The position numbers and the translations under genes are program-made. This document shows, in pieces, positions 47,562 through 58,031 of a stretch of 64,000 bases of DNA (positions are counted from its first letter, which is position 1; the number at the start of each line of letters is the position of its first letter). The stretch is from an uncultured Gemmatimonadales bacterium (lineage in GTDB: Bacteria > Gemmatimonadota > Gemmatimonadetes > Gemmatimonadales > GWC2-71-9), in contig CAWCFX010000001.1 of NCBI GenBank assembly GCA_963795085.1, positions 1,312,001-1,376,000 of the forward strand, in the 5' to 3' direction. The notes beneath the pieces are model-generated. The model had not been told where the DNA came from. It ran no database searches and was given only the letters and a program-made list of their open reading frames with translations.

Positions 47562-48086
47562 TCAGCGATCCTGCGCTTCGGCGGCCGGGCCAGGTGCAGT
47601 CACCGGGGGACCCAGCCGGCGCATGACATACACGGTCTCCGCTCCACCAGGCGCCGATGGATGAAGCGTGGCGGTCCATTGGTCCGGCGTATTCCGGGTG
47701 TAGGTAAAACCGCCGCTTGTCGCACCCGGACGCCGAAACTGGATGCGATCCGGCTGGACCATCACCGCCTGGTATTGAGTCTGGCCGTCCCTCGAGCTCA
47801 CCACCACGCCCTGACGGAGCTCGAACCGGGACGAATCGGTCGCGGCCTGGAGGGTCGAGTCGCTGAAGGAGCGCATGTGGATCGTGGAGTCGTCGATACT
47901 GCGATACTCTTCATAGAACGCGGCGTACGCGCCTCCGCTTCCGCGCCAGGCTCCCTCCAGCCACTTGAGTTGCTGAAACTGGCTGACGGTCACCCCGGCG
48001 TCCTGGCTGGCGCACCCCGGCGCCAGCGCGGCGGTGGCGGCCAGGAGTAAGAGCATCGTGGCAACGGGTGTGGAGCACCGCGGCAT
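47562..48086 (-). CDS. DUF6265-like lipoprotein
   Basis: Lipobox APGC; LKWLEGAWRG, FYEEY; RBS AAGGAGG. Confidence 0.7.
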   Translation of the reverse strand: MPRCSTPVATMLLLLAATAALAPGCASQDAGVTVSQFQQLKWLEGAWRGSGGAYAAFYEEYRSIDDSTIHMRSFSDSTLQAATDSSRFELRQGVVVSSRDGQTQYQAVMVQPDRIQFRRPGATSGGFTYTRNTPDQWTATLHPSAPGGAETVYVMRRLGPPVTAPGPAAEAQDR

Positions 48087-48294
48087 ATCTCCTCCTTTGT
48101 GGGATATCGGCAACCGGGCCCAGGCGTGTTCGGCACCTGGTTCAATATCGCGAACTCGGGTCCGTCGTGGCGGGCGACGCGATGCCGTCAGGGCCGGCGG
48201 CGCCGGGTGTGCGACGCCCCCACCGATGAGAATACCAGCCGGCGAAGGGTCGGAAGGTCCACGTCCGCCAGCGCCGGGCAGCCACACATTGTTG

Positions 48295-48522
48295 TCAGGG
48301 GGCACTGGTGCCCGGGCCGCCAGCGCGCCCGCGCGCCGCACCGATGACGAAGCCCAGCAGGGCAGCCAGCGGCCCCAGAACGAAGGCACCGGTCATGGAC
48401 GCTTCCATCGAGCGATCATGCTGGTTGGCGGACACGAGATACACGAAGAACCCACCGCCCACCGCTCCAACCAGATATCCGGGCACCGCCCACAACAGGC
48501 CAACCAGCAAGCGACGCATCAT
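48295..48522 (-). CDS. Small two-TM membrane protein
   Basis: SANQHDRSMEASMTGAFVLGP between two hydrophobic helices. Confidence 0.7.
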   Translation of the reverse strand: MMRRLLVGLLWAVPGYLVGAVGGGFFVYLVSANQHDRSMEASMTGAFVLGPLAALLGFVIGAARGRAGGPGTSAP

Positions 48523-48767
48523 TCGATCATTCCCCCCCTGACGGTTTATGCGTGAACGGCGTTGGCACTCCGCATGGGGCGGAGAGCCGGCGCGAAGGGG
48601 TATCCAGGCGGCTGCTAGAACCGCAGCCGTGGAGATCGGAGTGGCCTGGCGGGCGCCTTCGACGCCTACTTCGAGCGTGCGACTCCCGCACCCAGGGTGC
48701 CCTGAGAGACGGGCGGTCGGCCAGGCACGGCAGGCACCGCTGCGCGAGGGTCGGGCAAACCCTCCGG

Positions 48768-50993
48768 TTACACCTGCAGGCCCACCCGGGCCAGCAGCTC
48801 CCCGTACCGCGGCGCGCCAAACTCCAGGCTCCAGAGGTTTTCCGCCCGAAGCCCGAGGGCATATGGGTCCCGGACGTCCAGGCCCCGGTGCATCCACCGG
48901 TAGAACGCGTCGCGATCGCCGAGGTGGAGGTGGAGCGTGGCGATCGCCGGGGCGCAGACGGTGGGGTCGCTCTCCGCCCGGTGTTCCAGTTCCTCCAGCA
49001 CGACCCGGGCTTCCGCTTCCCGGCCCAGGCCCGCCAGGGCGCAACCGCACTTGGCGGTGGGCCAGCTGGCCCGGTGGCTGAGCGCCATGGCGCGCTCCAG
49101 CCGCTCGAGAGCCGGGGCATACTGGTGATTCGACAGGTGGATATACCCGGCGATGTGATAGCCCTCGGGGAACTGGGGATCCAGCTCGATCGGCCGCTCG
49201 GCGAGCGGGAGGGCAGCATCATACTCCCCGCGATAGGTCAGGAGGGTGGCTTCGGTCAGGAAACCCATGAACCCCAGTGGGTCGAGCCGGCGGCCTTCTT
49301 TTGCGGCCAGGGTTCCGGCCGCCGCGTCTCCCGCGAAGGCCAGGTAGAAGGCGTACATGAAATGATCGAAGTTCGCCCCGGGCTCCAGCTCGGCCGCCCG
49401 GGCCCAGAGGCGACGCGCTTCCGGCCAGTTCCAGTCGCGGTAGGTGGCCACCGCCGCGAGCAGTGCGTGGGCCGGCCCCGAGCGCGGGTTCGCGGCCAGG
49501 GCCCGGTCGGCGAGCGACTGGATGCGGGCCCAGGCGGAGGTCGGCTCGAGGTAGCCGAAGAAGGCCGAGATCACCAGCGGTGACCCCAGCGTGGTGTAGG
49601 CCGGCGCGAAGGCGGGGTCGCGCTCCATGACCTGTTCCAGCAGCGGCGCCGCATCGGGGAGCCGCATCAGCGACTGGCCCAGCATGTGCCGGGCGCGGAG
49701 GTACAGCTCGTAGGTCTCGCTGTCCGTCTGCGGCGCGGCCCGGTCGGCCGCTTCCTCGTCGGTGAGGCGGGCCCGCAGCTCGCCCACGATGCTGCCGGAA
49801 ATCCGCTCCTGCATCTCGAATACGTCCTCGATGGTCCCCCCATACTTCTCCGCCCACAGGTGGGAGTCGGTGGTGCCGTCGATGAGCTGGGCGGTGATCC
49901 GGAGCTGGGACCCGGCGCGGCGCACACTGCCTTCCAGCAGGTAGCGCACGTCGAGCATCCGGGCGACCTCCTTGAGGTCACGGGTACGCTGGTAGGCGGC
50001 GGCCGCCGAGTTCCGGGCGATGACCCGGAGGGCATTGATGCGCGACAGGTCCGCCGTGAGCTCCTCGGTCAGCCCGTCGCCGAGGTACGCGTCGTTGGGA
50101 TCCGGCGAGAGGTTGTCGAAGGGAAGCACGGCGATCGAGCGTCCGCCCGCGGCATCCCGCCGCGCCGCTTCCGGGGTCCCGGCCGCGAGCAGCGCGTCGG
50201 CAAAGGCGCGGGCCGAGGGGAACCGGGCGGCGGGATCGCGGTCGAGGGCGCGGGCGATGGCCTCGTCGCACGGCTGGGGCACCTCGGCGCGGAGGGTGCG
50301 GGCCCGCGGGGCTTCGGTGGTGAACCGCTTGACCAGGATCGCCTGGTAGCTGTTCCCGGTGAAGGCCGGTTCTCCGGTGAGCAGCTCGTAGAGAATGCAG
50401 CCCAGCGCATAGACATCGGATGCCGGCCCCACGTCCGTCTCGCCGGAGGCCAGTTCGGGGCTCATGTAGGCCGGGGTCCCCAGGGACGTGCCGGCCTGGG
50501 TCAGGGCGGGCTGATCGCCGGCGCGGCGTACCTGGGCGATGCCGAAATCGGTGAGCAGGGCGTGGCCCCGGTTGATCAGGATGTTCTCCGGTTTGAGATC
50601 GCGATGGATCACGCCCTCGCCATGGGCGTACTCCAGGGCGTCCGCGATCTCCCGGATCATGCGAATCGCGGTGGCGACGTCGAGGGTCTTCTCCCTATCC
50701 AGCAGCGCGCGCAGGGACTCGCCTTCGATCAGCGGCATGACGAAGAAGAGCTGGCCGTCCAGGTCGCCGGAATCGAAGACCGGGACGATGTGGGGGTGCT
50801 GCAGCCGCGCGGCCGTTTCGATCTCCCGGAGGAACCGGTCGGCGCCGATGGTCGCGGCGATCGCGGGCAGCATGACCTTGAGCGCCACGTCGCGGCCATG
50901 CCGGGTGTCGCGCGCGCGGTGAACCACGGCCATGCCGCCCCGTCCCAGTTCGGTGGTGACCGTGTACCGCTGGGCGATCATCCCTGTCGTCAT
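48768..50993 (-). CDS. Ser/Thr protein kinase with TolB-like and TPR domains
   Basis: LGRGGMA, VALK, HRDLKPEN, TDFG, YMSPE, SIAVLPFDNLS. Confidence 0.93.
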   Translation of the reverse strand: MTTGMIAQRYTVTTELGRGGMAVVHRARDTRHGRDVALKVMLPAIAATIGADRFLREIETAARLQHPHIVPVFDSGDLDGQLFFVMPLIEGESLRALLDREKTLDVATAIRMIREIADALEYAHGEGVIHRDLKPENILINRGHALLTDFGIAQVRRAGDQPALTQAGTSLGTPAYMSPELASGETDVGPASDVYALGCILYELLTGEPAFTGNSYQAILVKRFTTEAPRARTLRAEVPQPCDEAIARALDRDPAARFPSARAFADALLAAGTPEAARRDAAGGRSIAVLPFDNLSPDPNDAYLGDGLTEELTADLSRINALRVIARNSAAAAYQRTRDLKEVARMLDVRYLLEGSVRRAGSQLRITAQLIDGTTDSHLWAEKYGGTIEDVFEMQERISGSIVGELRARLTDEEAADRAAPQTDSETYELYLRARHMLGQSLMRLPDAAPLLEQVMERDPAFAPAYTTLGSPLVISAFFGYLEPTSAWARIQSLADRALAANPRSGPAHALLAAVATYRDWNWPEARRLWARAAELEPGANFDHFMYAFYLAFAGDAAAGTLAAKEGRRLDPLGFMGFLTEATLLTYRGEYDAALPLAERPIELDPQFPEGYHIAGYIHLSNHQYAPALERLERAMALSHRASWPTAKCGCALAGLGREAEARVVLEELEHRAESDPTVCAPAIATLHLHLGDRDAFYRWMHRGLDVRDPYALGLRAENLWSLEFGAPRYGELLARVGLQV

Positions 50994-51122
50994 GGCTCAC
51001 CTGTCGGGCGGTCGTGGGAAGGGGTCGGCGCCCCGGGACGGTCGAAGTTCGGCCGGTGTTCAGGCCGAGGGGGCAGGGCGTACCGCGGGGCAAGCGACGG
51101 CCGCCCCGTGGCCCGGGCGGGA

Positions 51123-52133
51123 TCAGCGGCCGTGATGGCGGGCGATCTCCTCGGCGGACAGGCGGAGGAAACGGGCCGCGTTGTGGTACAGGATATCCCG
51201 TTTCTGTGCGGTGGTCAGGAATGGCGCCTCCTCGATCACCGCGATCGCACGCTCGATGACGCCGGGCCACACCATCTGGTCTGATCCGAACATGATGCGC
51301 TTGCCAAAACCCGCGTCAACGATTCCCTGGAGGTAACGGTAGAATGCCGCGCGCGGCTGGGTATAGACAATGACGCCCACGTCCAGGTACACCTGGGGGT
51401 GCGAGTACAGCAGTGCCAGGAGATCATCCAGCAGAGGATACCCCGCATGCATGGCATAGAGCCGCAGTCGCGGGTGCCGGACCAGCACCTCCTCCAGGGT
51501 CAGGGCGCTGTGAAGGCGGGCGCGATACTGGCCGGCACCGAGGTAGGCTACCCCCGGTGGCCCGGGGCCGAGGTGGATACCCACCGGGAGGTCGAGTTCT
51601 TCGGCCAGCGACCAGTACGGCTCCATTCGCACGTCGTCCGGGAGTATCCCGGCATACTGGTTGGTGATCTCCCCGAGCACGTCCAGGTGGCCACCCGCGT
51701 GCAGCGCTCGCAATGAGTCTGGTGGCGGTTGCCGGGGGCCGATCTGGAACATCAGGGCAGGGATCAGCCGCCTGGGGGCGATCCGCCGCCACTCGGCGAC
51801 CCGGTCAAACGGGCCGCTCAGGACCCCGTAAATATTTCGCCGCTCCATGACCGCAAGAGTTTCGCGCATCAGGGCTTCGTCGGTGAGCGGGGACCATACC
51901 GGGTTGGGGCAGGGAGGGTGCTTGAGCATGGCCATGAAATCGGCGCCATAGGTCCCCGCCTGATCCCAGGCCGGGAAGGGATTGATTGGCGTGCACATGC
52001 CAACCGGCGGCGATCCCTGGTGGTCCGCGCCCAACGCATGGAGATGCATGTCAATGATGGGCAGGACCGGCTCCTGGGCCCGGGCCACCTCCGCTATCAG
52101 GGCCAGGGCGAGCGCCAAACGTGTGATCCTCAT
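51123..52133 (-). CDS. Amidohydrolase_2 family protein
   Basis: IIDMHLH, PVGIH, MHAG, IMFGSD, ILYHNAARFL. Confidence 0.88.
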   Translation of the reverse strand: MRITRLALALALIAEVARAQEPVLPIIDMHLHALGADHQGSPPVGMCTPINPFPAWDQAGTYGADFMAMLKHPPCPNPVWSPLTDEALMRETLAVMERRNIYGVLSGPFDRVAEWRRIAPRRLIPALMFQIGPRQPPPDSLRALHAGGHLDVLGEITNQYAGILPDDVRMEPYWSLAEELDLPVGIHLGPGPPGVAYLGAGQYRARLHSALTLEEVLVRHPRLRLYAMHAGYPLLDDLLALLYSHPQVYLDVGVIVYTQPRAAFYRYLQGIVDAGFGKRIMFGSDQMVWPGVIERAIAVIEEAPFLTTAQKRDILYHNAARFLRLSAEEIARHHGR

Positions 52134-52585
52134 CGTTTCCGCGAAAGAAGGACTAGGAAGTTGGCCCGGTCAGCCGGATCGCGCCAGAGGTGCGCCCCCT
52201 TCGCCGCCGCGTGAACGAGGCGGTCCAGCGGAACGGAACCCGGGCCAGGGCGAGAAGGCCGGTTCGATCATGGGGAAAATGACCTCGCCGAGCCGAGGAC
52301 CAGCGGGCTGCCGTAGACTCCGGGCAATTTCTAGCGGCCCCGGTCCGGCAAAAGCGGTCCGAACGTCTGACCTCGGGAGAGCAGGACAGGCGCGGGTGGT
52401 GGCTGGCCAGGGCGGGGACCGCGATGCGAGGACTGGCATTTCTGTGAGATATCGAACCGGGACCTCCCGATCCGCGCAAGAGCGGTGTTCGCCGCCGGCG
52501 GGGAACCGTGCCACGGCGTCGCGTGGCAGGCAATGAAGGAGGCGGTTGGAATGGGGCGACCCGCCCGAGCAATCGGAGGCGGATC

Positions 52586-52816
52586 TCACCCGCCGGCGCG
52601 GTAGGCCCGGAGCCAGTAGGAGAACGAGGTCCCCGCGCAGAAGACGAACACCAGCAGTACGGTCAGCCGGCCGATATTGGCGATGAGCCAGAAGAACCCC
52701 GTGAGGTCCAGATCGGTCCCGCCTGTCCATTCCATCCTGAGAAACCCAAAACCCGCCAGGGCGGCGAGTGCGCCGAAGAAGACCGACAGGGCCTTGTGAG
52801 CTTGGGCGGGTCTCAT
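52586..52816 (-). CDS. Small membrane protein
   Basis: 76 aa, two hydrophobic helices. Confidence 0.5.
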   Translation of the reverse strand: MRPAQAHKALSVFFGALAALAGFGFLRMEWTGGTDLDLTGFFWLIANIGRLTVLLVFVFCAGTSFSYWLRAYRAGG

Positions 52817-52885
52817 GCGGGCACCAGGGTGCAGACGATCGGCCTGCCGGGATCGACGGGCGTACGGTTATCCAGGTGGCAGGCG

Positions 52886-54292
52886 CTAGCTCGCCCGGGC
52901 CACGATATACTGTTCGATCTTTCCATCCGGGCGGGTCATCATCGTGAGATCCATCACCACGTCGCCGGCGCGAATCCGGTAGCTGCGGATGCGCAGGCCG
53001 CCGCGCACCTCGGAGCCGGTGGAGGCAAACTCCGATGGCGTACCCAGCGGGCCCAGGCTGGAGGCGTAGTCGGCCAGTACCCCCGTGGAGAAGAAGGCGG
53101 CCGCGTTGGGGGTGAGGAGATCGCGGTCTATCGTGCCCCGCGCCACCCCGGCATAGACCCGGCGGGCCATCTCGTGGGCGGCCTGGTCGCCGGTGTCGGG
53201 ACGGGCCAGGATGACCGCCGCGATGCGGGAAGCCAGCTGTCCCGCCGCGCCGGCGCCACCGGGATAGATGTTGGTGAAGACGACGATCGCCGCCCGGTCA
53301 TCCGGGTACACCAGGTTGCTCGTCGTGTACCCCGAGACCGCCCCGCCGTGGGAAATCCTCCGCCGCCCGCCCGCCACGCCCACGTTGACGCCGAGTCCGT
53401 AGCCGGTGGCCGTGCCCGCGGTGAGCAGGGCCGTTGTCTGGAGCGCCCGGTAGGAGGCGGGCTTCAGGAGAGATTGGTTGATCATGCTCAGATCCCAGGT
53501 GGCCAGGTCCCGGGCGGTCATGGCGAGCTGGCCGGCGGCGAAGAGCCAGCGGGGTCCTTCCTTGGGTGCCTCTCGCAGCGGGCCGAGCCCATGCCGGAGG
53601 TAGGCGCCGGCATCGGCCGTGGAGAGCGGGCCGGCATCGTAGTCGGCGACGGTGGCCATGCCCAGCGGAGCAAAGATGCGCCGGTTGAGAAACTCCATGA
53701 AGGGCACGCCCGCGACACGCTCGACGATCGCGCCCGCAAGCACGTAGTTGGTGTTGCTGTACTGCCAGGCGGTGCCGGGCTCGAAATCGAGCGGCTGGCC
53801 GGCCCATTTCTTCGTGATGGCGTCGGCGGTCGTCGGCAGCTGCATCGCGCTGTACACGTAGTCCTGGGGCCAGTAATCCTGGTAGCCCGATGTCATCGAC
53901 AGCAGCTGGCGTATCGTCACGTCGCCGGCGCGGGTCAGCGCGGGGAACCACTTCGCGACCGGGTCGTCGAGGGACAGCTTCCCCTCCTCGGCCAGCAGGA
54001 GGATCGCCGCCGCGGTGAACTGCTTGCTCACCGAGCCGATCGCGTAGCGCATCCCCGGCGTGGCGGGCATTCCCAGGCGGCCCTCTCCATAGGCCTGCTC
54101 GTACACCAGTTCGCCCCCGCGCACCACGGCCACCGAGGCGCTCGGCGCGCCAGTGCCGGCCAGTACCGAAGCCGCCGCGCTATCGACCCGGGCCCGTTCG
54201 GCCTGGGTGAGCTGCTGGGCGGGCAGGGGAGCCGCCAGCAGGCAGGCGAACGCGAGGACGTTCAGGCGGACGGCGCAGCGGGTGTGGAACAT
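52886..54292 (-). CDS. Serine hydrolase, beta-lactamase/D-aminopeptidase family
   Basis: GSVSK, WQYSNTNY, SHGG; signal peptide. Confidence 0.9.
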   Translation of the reverse strand: MFHTRCAVRLNVLAFACLLAAPLPAQQLTQAERARVDSAAASVLAGTGAPSASVAVVRGGELVYEQAYGEGRLGMPATPGMRYAIGSVSKQFTAAAILLLAEEGKLSLDDPVAKWFPALTRAGDVTIRQLLSMTSGYQDYWPQDYVYSAMQLPTTADAITKKWAGQPLDFEPGTAWQYSNTNYVLAGAIVERVAGVPFMEFLNRRIFAPLGMATVADYDAGPLSTADAGAYLRHGLGPLREAPKEGPRWLFAAGQLAMTARDLATWDLSMINQSLLKPASYRALQTTALLTAGTATGYGLGVNVGVAGGRRRISHGGAVSGYTTSNLVYPDDRAAIVVFTNIYPGGAGAAGQLASRIAAVILARPDTGDQAAHEMARRVYAGVARGTIDRDLLTPNAAAFFSTGVLADYASSLGPLGTPSEFASTGSEVRGGLRIRSYRIRAGDVVMDLTMMTRPDGKIEQYIVARAS

Positions 54293-54507
54293 GGGCGGAC
54301 TCCCCTGGAAGGATCGAGCATGTCACGGGAAAACGTGCACCGGATGGTGCCCGTACCTGATGTACTGCGGCACCATGGAGGCGCCTTGGCAACTGCCTGT
54401 GAATGTAGGTGGGCAGCCCAGGGTCGCCAAGCGGGGTTCAGCAGGGGCGGAACCAGGTGGCCGCAGCCGGGATGCGATTGCCGCCTCGGCCCCGGGAAGC
54501 GCCCTCC

Positions 54508-55062
54508 CTAAGGGCGCGGAACTTCGTATTGCAGCTCGGCGAACCCGGTTCCGACCTGTCTGACCGAGACCAGGCGCAGGGACGGGCTGGTGATTGCACG
54601 CGGCAGCAGGGGCTTTCCGGTACCCAGGGTGACCGAGCCGACCTGCACACACAACTCGTCCAGCAGGCCGTGGTCGTAGAATTGTCCCGCCAGCTCTCCC
54701 CCGCCCACGATCCAGATGTTCTTGCCGCCGGCCGCAACGGCCATGTCCCGGTGCACCGGACGGACGTCCCCGCGGGCGAAGCGGATATCCCCGCCGGGCG
54801 CGGCGTGACGGGTGCGGGAACTGAATACCCAGGTGGGTTGCCGATACGGCCAGGGCTGCGGCGCACCGGCGCCGGACCCGGCGAGGTGGCGCAGCAGCCA
54901 CTCGTAGGTGGCGGACCCCATGGCGAGCGCGCCGACCTCGCGAATGAAGGCCGGGTAACTGGTCGCCTCGATGTCGCCGAGGGGAAAGAGCCAGTCGAGG
55001 GAATCGTCCAGGGTGGCGATGAATCCGTCGAGGCTGGCCGCGGTGTAGTACTGGGTCTTCAT
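54508..55062 (-). CDS. Dihydrofolate reductase-like (RibD C-terminal) protein
   Basis: AASLDGFIA, MGSATY, IWIVGGG, LLDE, LGTGKPL. Confidence 0.88.
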   Translation of the reverse strand: MKTQYYTAASLDGFIATLDDSLDWLFPLGDIEATSYPAFIREVGALAMGSATYEWLLRHLAGSGAGAPQPWPYRQPTWVFSSRTRHAAPGGDIRFARGDVRPVHRDMAVAAGGKNIWIVGGGELAGQFYDHGLLDELCVQVGSVTLGTGKPLLPRAITSPSLRLVSVRQVGTGFAELQYEVPRP

Positions 55063-55078
55063 GGGTGGTTGCTCGCGC

Positions 55079-55657
55079 CTATTCGCACCCGATGATGTAG
55101 TCCACCTTGTTGTCCCCGGTCCCGGTCGTCCCGCTGGCGCAGCCCTGGCTGATGGCGGCGGACTGTCCCATGCCGTTGTTGTAATAGTACGTGCCTCCCT
55201 GCGACCGGGCCGCCTTCGCGATCGCGAAGAGATTCCCCGCGGGCACCTGGTATCCCTCCATCCCGAAGTTTCCCGTCCTCCCGTCCAGCCACCAGCGCCC
55301 CGGAAGGACGGATCCCAGCAGGGACTTGATATAGAGCGCCTCGGCCAGGTTGATCTGCCGGCCGTTGATGAACACTCCCGTGGTGCCCGCGGAGGCGGTA
55401 GGCGAGACCGGGCCGTATCCATGGCCGGGTTTGAGCACGCCAAACGCTTCCCGCCCCACGACTCCCCAGAGTCCGCTCGCCGAGTCGTACCAGAAGTTTC
55501 CCCCCAGAGGCTGGGTGCCATAGGTCCGGACAAACTCGGCCCGCTGCGTGGGAGTGAGGATGTTCCCGTTGATCACGGTTTGGGTCCGGTCGGTCTGGGC
55601 GGCCGCTGGCGGAGCGAGGACCGTGATCATCACGACGAGGGACAGGCTGCGGATCAT
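55079..55657 (-). CDS. Secreted protein with GxxWYD / GxTGVFINGR motifs (plant XLG/EDR4 N-domain-like)
   Basis: Signal peptide; GNFWYDSASGLWG, ASAGTTGVFINGRQI, GRWWLD. Confidence 0.75.
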   Translation of the reverse strand: MIRSLSLVVMITVLAPPAAAQTDRTQTVINGNILTPTQRAEFVRTYGTQPLGGNFWYDSASGLWGVVGREAFGVLKPGHGYGPVSPTASAGTTGVFINGRQINLAEALYIKSLLGSVLPGRWWLDGRTGNFGMEGYQVPAGNLFAIAKAARSQGGTYYYNNGMGQSAAISQGCASGTTGTGDNKVDYIIGCE

Positions 55658-55765
55658 GGCGTCTCTCCGGACCACAGGTTGGACCGCGGTATCGTTTCGC
55701 TCCGCGTTCACTGGACCACTCGGTGTCCCCTTCAATTTGCACCGGGGACGGGATTTCGCCAGCGC

Positions 55766-56614
55766 TCACCCGCATCCTTCGCTCTCGACGCGGGCCAGGG
55801 TGGCGGGGTCCGGCCGGCGCCGGGGCCGGAGATCTTCGCGCCAGCGGCGCTCGATATCGGCCAGGGTCTCGCCCCCGAGAAGCGAATCGGGCCGGGAGCC
55901 CTGTTGCCACAGCTGCTTCACGGCGGCAGTCCCATAGCGTTCCAGGATATGGTCCGCCAGGGCGGCGGCCTGGAGGTAGGCGCGGAGGTCGGGTTGCTCG
56001 CGGAAGCGGGCGAGCATCGTGTCGAGGGGAATCCAGCCGTGCCGGGCCGCGAGGGCGAGCAGGATGTCGGCGTTGGAATGCCGCGCGCAGGTCCCGTCGG
56101 CCGCCTGGGCCAGTCCCTCCACCAGCCAGTCGTTGCCGGGCGCCGGCCGACCCCACGCATGCTGGGCGACGACATGCATGACCTCGTGCCGCTCGAACGC
56201 GCGCCAGTCCGGGTTCGTCACCAGGAAAACGGCGCGGGCGGAGGGTTGGGCAAAACCGGTCGCGCGGCCGCCGATCAGGGACGTCATCTGGGCCCGGCTT
56301 TCGATAAAGAACAGGTCAATCGGACCAGGGAGGGGGGGCGCCTCGGTGAGGGTGAGGGCATGGGACAGGGCTCCCGGCAGCCGGGCCAGCAGGCTGTCCT
56401 GGTGGGCCGCCGGGTAGGAACCGGCCGCGAAATACACCCGAAATCCCGGCACACTGCGATGCAGCCAGGTGAACGCGGTATCGCCCAGGGCCGATGCCGC
56501 GAGTCCGGCCGGGGCCTGTGCGTCGATGGTTGGCGGACCGGCCAAAGCCACGGTGAGGATGGCCCATACCGGGGTGATTATCCTGGGCGTGGGTGTCAGA
56601 TACGAGGTGTGCAT
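55766..56614 (-). CDS. Gluzincin (peptidase MA-like) protein
   Basis: HEVMH followed by WLVEGLA; signal peptide. Confidence 0.75.
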   Translation of the reverse strand: MHTSYLTPTPRIITPVWAILTVALAGPPTIDAQAPAGLAASALGDTAFTWLHRSVPGFRVYFAAGSYPAAHQDSLLARLPGALSHALTLTEAPPLPGPIDLFFIESRAQMTSLIGGRATGFAQPSARAVFLVTNPDWRAFERHEVMHVVAQHAWGRPAPGNDWLVEGLAQAADGTCARHSNADILLALAARHGWIPLDTMLARFREQPDLRAYLQAAALADHILERYGTAAVKQLWQQGSRPDSLLGGETLADIERRWREDLRPRRRPDPATLARVESEGCG

Positions 56615-56874
56615 GGTGACCTCGCAACGGTGGAACGAGACAGCCGGTGCCGGTCGTCGAGGTGAAGCGTCAACGCACTGAGGCACCCGGCCGACGGTAC
56701 TGACGACTGGCCGGCACGCCAAAAGCACTCAGTCATGGATAGGAGGATGGCCTTCGGTCGTGATCCGGGCCCGCGAGGCTGATTCGGTACCAAGGGCGGT
56801 CTTTCGATGATATGCGGCCTGCACTGGGGCTCATGCCACGCCGGCGAGGACCTCATGCCGGGGGTGGCGCACCG

Positions 56875-57201
56875 TTACGCGCCGGGCGCCTGGTACCGGA
56901 CCTGTTCGGCCTTACGCAGTGCCGCGATGGTTTCATCGACAGTCAGGAGGACCGTCGTTTCCAGCGAGCTGAGCGCGCCGCCGCCACTGACCGCCAGCGC
57001 GACCGCGGCCATCGACACGTTGTCGGGAGCTTCCCAGAGATTGTACCCGTCGTGGGTGCCGAAGGCGTACCAGAACCCATGGAGCTTGCCGCCCACCGAC
57101 TCGATGTACGCCTGGGCGGCCTTTCGGCGATCTTCCGGGTTCCGGATCAGCCTGGCCCAGGTCTCCGATGTGTAGCTGAACCTCGATAGATAGAGCGGCA
57201 T
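56875..57201 (-). CDS. GYD domain protein
   Basis: NPEDR, SVGGKLHGFWYAFGTHD, LETTVLL; RBS AAGGAG. Confidence 0.85.
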   Translation of the reverse strand: MPLYLSRFSYTSETWARLIRNPEDRRKAAQAYIESVGGKLHGFWYAFGTHDGYNLWEAPDNVSMAAVALAVSGGGALSSLETTVLLTVDETIAALRKAEQVRYQAPGA

Positions 57202-57477
57202 CGTCTGTCTCCTTCTTCGGCGGCCATGTGAGTCGCATGAAGGTGGCCGCCAGCTCTCTGGCGCGCCGCCCTGGGATGCCCATTGGCTGGGGGGTGCTCC
57301 AGCCGCACCATGAATGTTCCATATCCCGGCACCATCCACCAGTCCGGCGGGGTGCCGGTACCCGATCATCGGCCCGAGACACGCGGCGGTTGGGGCGGCG
57401 AAGGAAAGGCTCTCCCGTCAGGTTTCAGTCGTTCCGTCCCGCGGCACCTCCTCACTACGCCGACAGGTGCCCGGCTG

Positions 57478-57756
57478 TCATGCCTCGCGAATATGAAGGC
57501 GTGAACCGGGGCCAATCAACCGGCGCAGCTCCGCGACCGACGGAGCGTGAGCGAAGAGAAGCGCGACGTGACTTTCATCAGGCGTCACGTTGCGGAAGGA
57601 CTCGATGCCCGTGATCTCCCAGGCCGCGGAACCGGCCGGGTCTTCCGGGGCGGCGAGCATCCCGACACGGATGGCGCCCTCGACAACTTCCCCGGCGATC
57701 ACCCGCCCATGACCCTTGATCGCGAATATCGACTTTACCAGGAATGTCACGGCCAT
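57478..57756 (-). CDS. Small stand-alone EF-Tu domain II-like beta-barrel protein
   Basis: [36 protein letters not shown]. Confidence 0.6.
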   Translation of the reverse strand: MAVTFLVKSIFAIKGHGRVIAGEVVEGAIRVGMLAAPEDPAGSAAWEITGIESFRNVTPDESHVALLFAHAPSVAELRRLIGPGSRLHIREA

Positions 57757-57932
57757 CGGTGCCCATCCCTTGATATTTGCGATCGCCGTCAGGCTGCCGG
57801 TGCCGGCGGGGGTGCCCACGCGGAGGAGGCAATACCCGGGCATGGAGTGGATGGGTAGCATGGGCGCCGGCCCGAGACGCCGCGAAGGCCAGGTGTTCAT
57901 GGCCACACATCCTCCCGGTGCTCGCTGGAGCA

Positions 57933-58031
57933 GCGCAACGACTGCGTTCACCGGCCGGCCGGGCTGCAGGGAACGCGATGTCCTGGGACAGCCGTACTGC
58001 CGGCCCGGCCACGTGTAACCCGGTGTTAGCC
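57933..58031 (-). other. attC-like integron recombination site
   Basis: Minus strand GGCTAAC (contains the catalase stop)-ACCGGG-TT(A)CAC(G)TGGCCGG...CCGGCCGGTGAA-CGCAGTC-GTTGCGC. Shows an AAC/GTT core, a paired L box with two extra bases, an unpaired spacer; 99 bp. Confidence 0.55.

Noticed and set aside
48768..50993. Ser/Thr kinase as part of the ECF-CHAT module
   Set aside because: It is separated by two unrelated genes and sizeable gaps, and this kinase architecture is typically multi-copy in such genomes.
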